The position numbers were made by a program, and so were the translations under genes. Source: an uncultured Desulfurococcales archaeon (GTDB taxonomy: Archaea > Thermoproteota > Thermoprotei_A > Sulfolobales > WANQ01). From it: 64,000 bases of DNA. Below the pieces are notes generated by a model. That model had not been told where the DNA came from. It ran no database searches and saw nothing but the letters and a program-made list of their open reading frames with translations. How positions within the stretch are numbered: position 1 is the first letter of the stretch; the number at the start of each line of letters is the position of its first letter. The stretch lies in NCBI GenBank assembly GCA_964467535.1, contig CAYXRT010000002.1:43052-107051 (forward strand). Direction: 5' to 3'. This document shows, piece after piece, positions 61,809 to 64,000 of this stretch.

Positions 61809-61865
61809 TGATGATGAACGCTCTATCCTCAGATTTAATGAAGAACCTTGAACCCCGACTGATGA
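61808..61865 (+). ncRNA. Box C/D guide sRNA with tRNA-directed guides
   Basis: ATGATGA-acgctctatcct-CAGA-ttta-ATGAAGA-accttgaaccccga-CTGA; the D guide pairs with CGGGGTTCAA, present in both tRNAs in this window. Confidence 0.88.
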
Positions 61866-61914
61866 TTTAAAAATTCATAACAAAATATATTTTTAATCCC
61901 TCTTATCTAGCAGT

Positions 61915-62202
61915 ATGGATGGAGGTGCAAAAATGTTAAGTGGAGAATTAAACACTATTATCATCGGCAAAAAGCCTATATCAACGTACGTGTTATCAGC
62001 CATAATAATGTTTAATCAAGGTGCTGAAGAAATAATCCTTAAAGCTAGAGGTGATGTTATTAGTAAAGCTGTTGATGTATTTAATGCGTTAAGAGATAGA
62101 CTAGGAGATAGTATAGAACTTGCAGGAATAGAGATAGGTAGCGAAAACGTAGGATCTAAACGAACATCATATATAAAGATAAAGGTTAAGCGTACATTTT
62201 AG
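61915..62202 (+). CDS. Alba family chromatin protein (Alba2-like)
   Basis: IIIGKKP, ILKARGDVISKAVDV, IEIGSE. Confidence 0.9.
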   Translation: MDGGAKMLSGELNTIIIGKKPISTYVLSAIIMFNQGAEEIILKARGDVISKAVDVFNALRDRLGDSIELAGIEIGSENVGSKRTSYIKIKVKRTF

Positions 62203-64000
62203 CAGTAATTTCAGGATACGATTTAGTAATCTCTCTACGAATTACATCTAAATCCTGCTTAATGACATCTAATGCTTCATGGTAACTAACCTTACCTTCT
62301 CCCACTAGATCCATTAATTGTTCTAGGCTCCTAGTTTTAACCTCACTTACTAGATCTCTAAAGTTATCCATTAGATAATTGAAGACTGTTATGCCCAGTT
62401 TTGTTGGTATTAAGAATTTTTTCTTTTTAGATTCAACTATGTATCCATGACCTAGTAGCTTTTCTATTATCTTTGAATACGTACTTGGTCTTCCTATACC
62501 CTTATTTCTCATTTCTGCAACTATGCTTCCATGATCATAGAGTAATACTAATGAAGTCTTCTTGGTAAGTACCTTCCGGGGCTTTATTACATCACCTTCA
62601 TGTAGATTCCTCACATTATCCCATATCGTCACAGGTTCTACAAGGTCAAAGCCATGGGTAATTATTTTAATAGGTACATCGATATTAAGCTCTATTTTGC
62701 CACCTATACTGAAGGTTAAATTAGCTTTTAGTATCTTGGATTCACCCATTTGACTAGCGATAAATCTCTTGAATATTAGGTCATAGAGCTTCAAGTGGGC
62801 ATTTGTTAATGGTACTACAATAGGCAATGAACCTTCTATCACCATGTTCTCTATTTGATCTCTATCCAGAGGCTTTGTAGGACGAATACATTCGTGAGCT
62901 CCAGGTTTTGACCAGTGTCTAGCAGTAAAGTATTGTTCTATGCCTTTGGAACGTAGATATTCTCTTGCTATCGATATCCCCTTGGTTGAGGTGAATATAC
63001 TATCTGTTCTATGGTATGTAATTAATCCTGCTTCAAATAAGTCTTGAGCCAATTTCATTACCTTGGACGCCGTGAAGCCTAGCTTTTTAGATGCTTCATA
63101 TATTAGTGCATCTGTTGTGAAAGGAGGTTTGGGAGATAGGGTATCGACTCCATATTTTATATCTTCAACAACTAGGCCTTTCTCATGAATCAACTCGGTT
63201 ATTTCCTCGGCTTCATTTTTATTCTTTACATGTAGTGCTAATTTCCTTATCTTATCAATATAAATTGTTATTTTGTATACCTTCTTATTTTTCCATTCAT
63301 TATATCTATTTATAATCCAGCCAAGTACAGGTGTCTGTACTCTACCTGCACCTAGCCATCTTAATCCTAGTTTTATTTGTAGCAACTTGCTTAAACCAAA
63401 TCCTATCCATCGATCATCAATACGCCTAATAATTTGTGCAGCAACTAATTTATTATTAATATCTTTAGGGTTTCTTAATGCTTTCATTACTTCATGCAAT
63501 GTTATTTCATGCATTTCTATTCTTCTTATATTTTTATTAAAGGGCCGGATAATGTTAGCTATATCCCATGCTATTTTTTCTCCTTCAATATCTGGATCTG
63601 TGGCTATGAAGACCTCGTCTACTTCTTGAGCAAGTTTTTGAAGACCTCTGACAATGTCTATGGAGTCGCTAATTAATGTTGAACCGCATCTTGGACATTT
63701 AGTTATATTCTCTGTGAACTGGCTTTTACAATGAAGGCATCTCCTTATGGTGCTATAAATAGGTATAACGTCGTTGTTCTCGATAATTACACCATAAATT
63801 CCTACATCCCTTGTAGTTAGATCGAATAAATGACCCCTTGTTGCAGTTATTGATAGTACATATACGTTTCGTCCTATACGTGCAGGGACTTCATAAATGA
63901 TCATTCTTCCTAGTCTTCTTTTGCTAGGTCTGCCAAGCATTCTTGCAATACTCTTTGCCTTAGTAGGTGATTCTACTACAAGTAAAGCAGTTTTTATGTT
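62186..64000 (-). CDS. rgy: Reverse gyrase, C-terminal type IA topoisomerase part (5' end outside the window)
   Basis: LLVVESPTKA at the window edge, ATRGHLFDL, Zn finger CLHC...CPRC, ATDPDIEGE, DRWIGF, AGRVQTP, ITYHRTD, GIGRPSTY. Confidence 0.93.
   Translation of the reverse strand, partial: NIKTALLVVESPTKAKSIARMLGRPSKRRLGRMIIYEVPARIGRNVYVLSITATRGHLFDLTTRDVGIYGVIIENNDVIPIYSTIRRCLHCKSQFTENITKCPRCGSTLISDSIDIVRGLQKLAQEVDEVFIATDPDIEGEKIAWDIANIIRPFNKNIRRIEMHEITLHEVMKALRNPKDINNKLVAAQIIRRIDDRWIGFGLSKLLQIKLGLRWLGAGRVQTPVLGWIINRYNEWKNKKVYKITIYIDKIRKLALHVKNKNEAEEITELIHEKGLVVEDIKYGVDTLSPKPPFTTDALIYEASKKLGFTASKVMKLAQDLFEAGLITYHRTDSIFTSTKGISIAREYLRSKGIEQYFTARHWSKPGAHECIRPTKPLDRDQIENMVIEGSLPIVVPLTNAHLKLYDLIFKRFIASQMGESKILKANLTFSIGGKIELNIDVPIKIITHGFDLVEPVTIWDNVRNLHEGDVIKPRKVLTKKTSLVLLYDHGSIVAEMRNKGIGRPSTYSKIIEKLLGHGYIVESKKKKFLIPTKLGITVFNYLMDNFRDLVSEVKTRSLEQLMDLVGEGKVSYHEALDVIKQDLDVIRREITKSYPEITAKMYA

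Overview
AT-rich archaeal chromosome segment. It most likely comes from a hyperthermophilic Thermoprotei (Desulfurococcales-like) organism, judging by reverse gyrase, eS30, eL38, Alba, TFE-beta and BHB tRNA introns. Most of the window is housekeeping: translation and RNA modification (trm1, fibrillarin/Nop5, Gar1, gatDE, SRP19, r-proteins), transcription (TFB, TFE-beta), DNA topology and repair (topo VI A/B, RadA, Lhr, reverse gyrase), and a nucleoside-type ABC transporter. Features missed by the ORF track are about 12 box C/D guide sRNAs, two intron-containing tRNAs (Val-TAC with one intron, Pro-CGG with two), rps30e, a permease that appears to start at CTG, and two pseudogenes. The strongest novelty candidate is a divergent gene pair at 44.5-49.9 kb. 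One gene encodes a membrane-tethered winged-HTH sensor/regulator with an extracellular domain on a Thr/Pro stalk. The other encodes a ~1380-aa secreted all-helical tandem-repeat protein rich in N-glycosylation sequons, and a palindromic candidate operator lies between them. A type IV pilus locus whose ATPase carries two inteins is also present. All calls come from reading the sequence by eye; no database searches were run.
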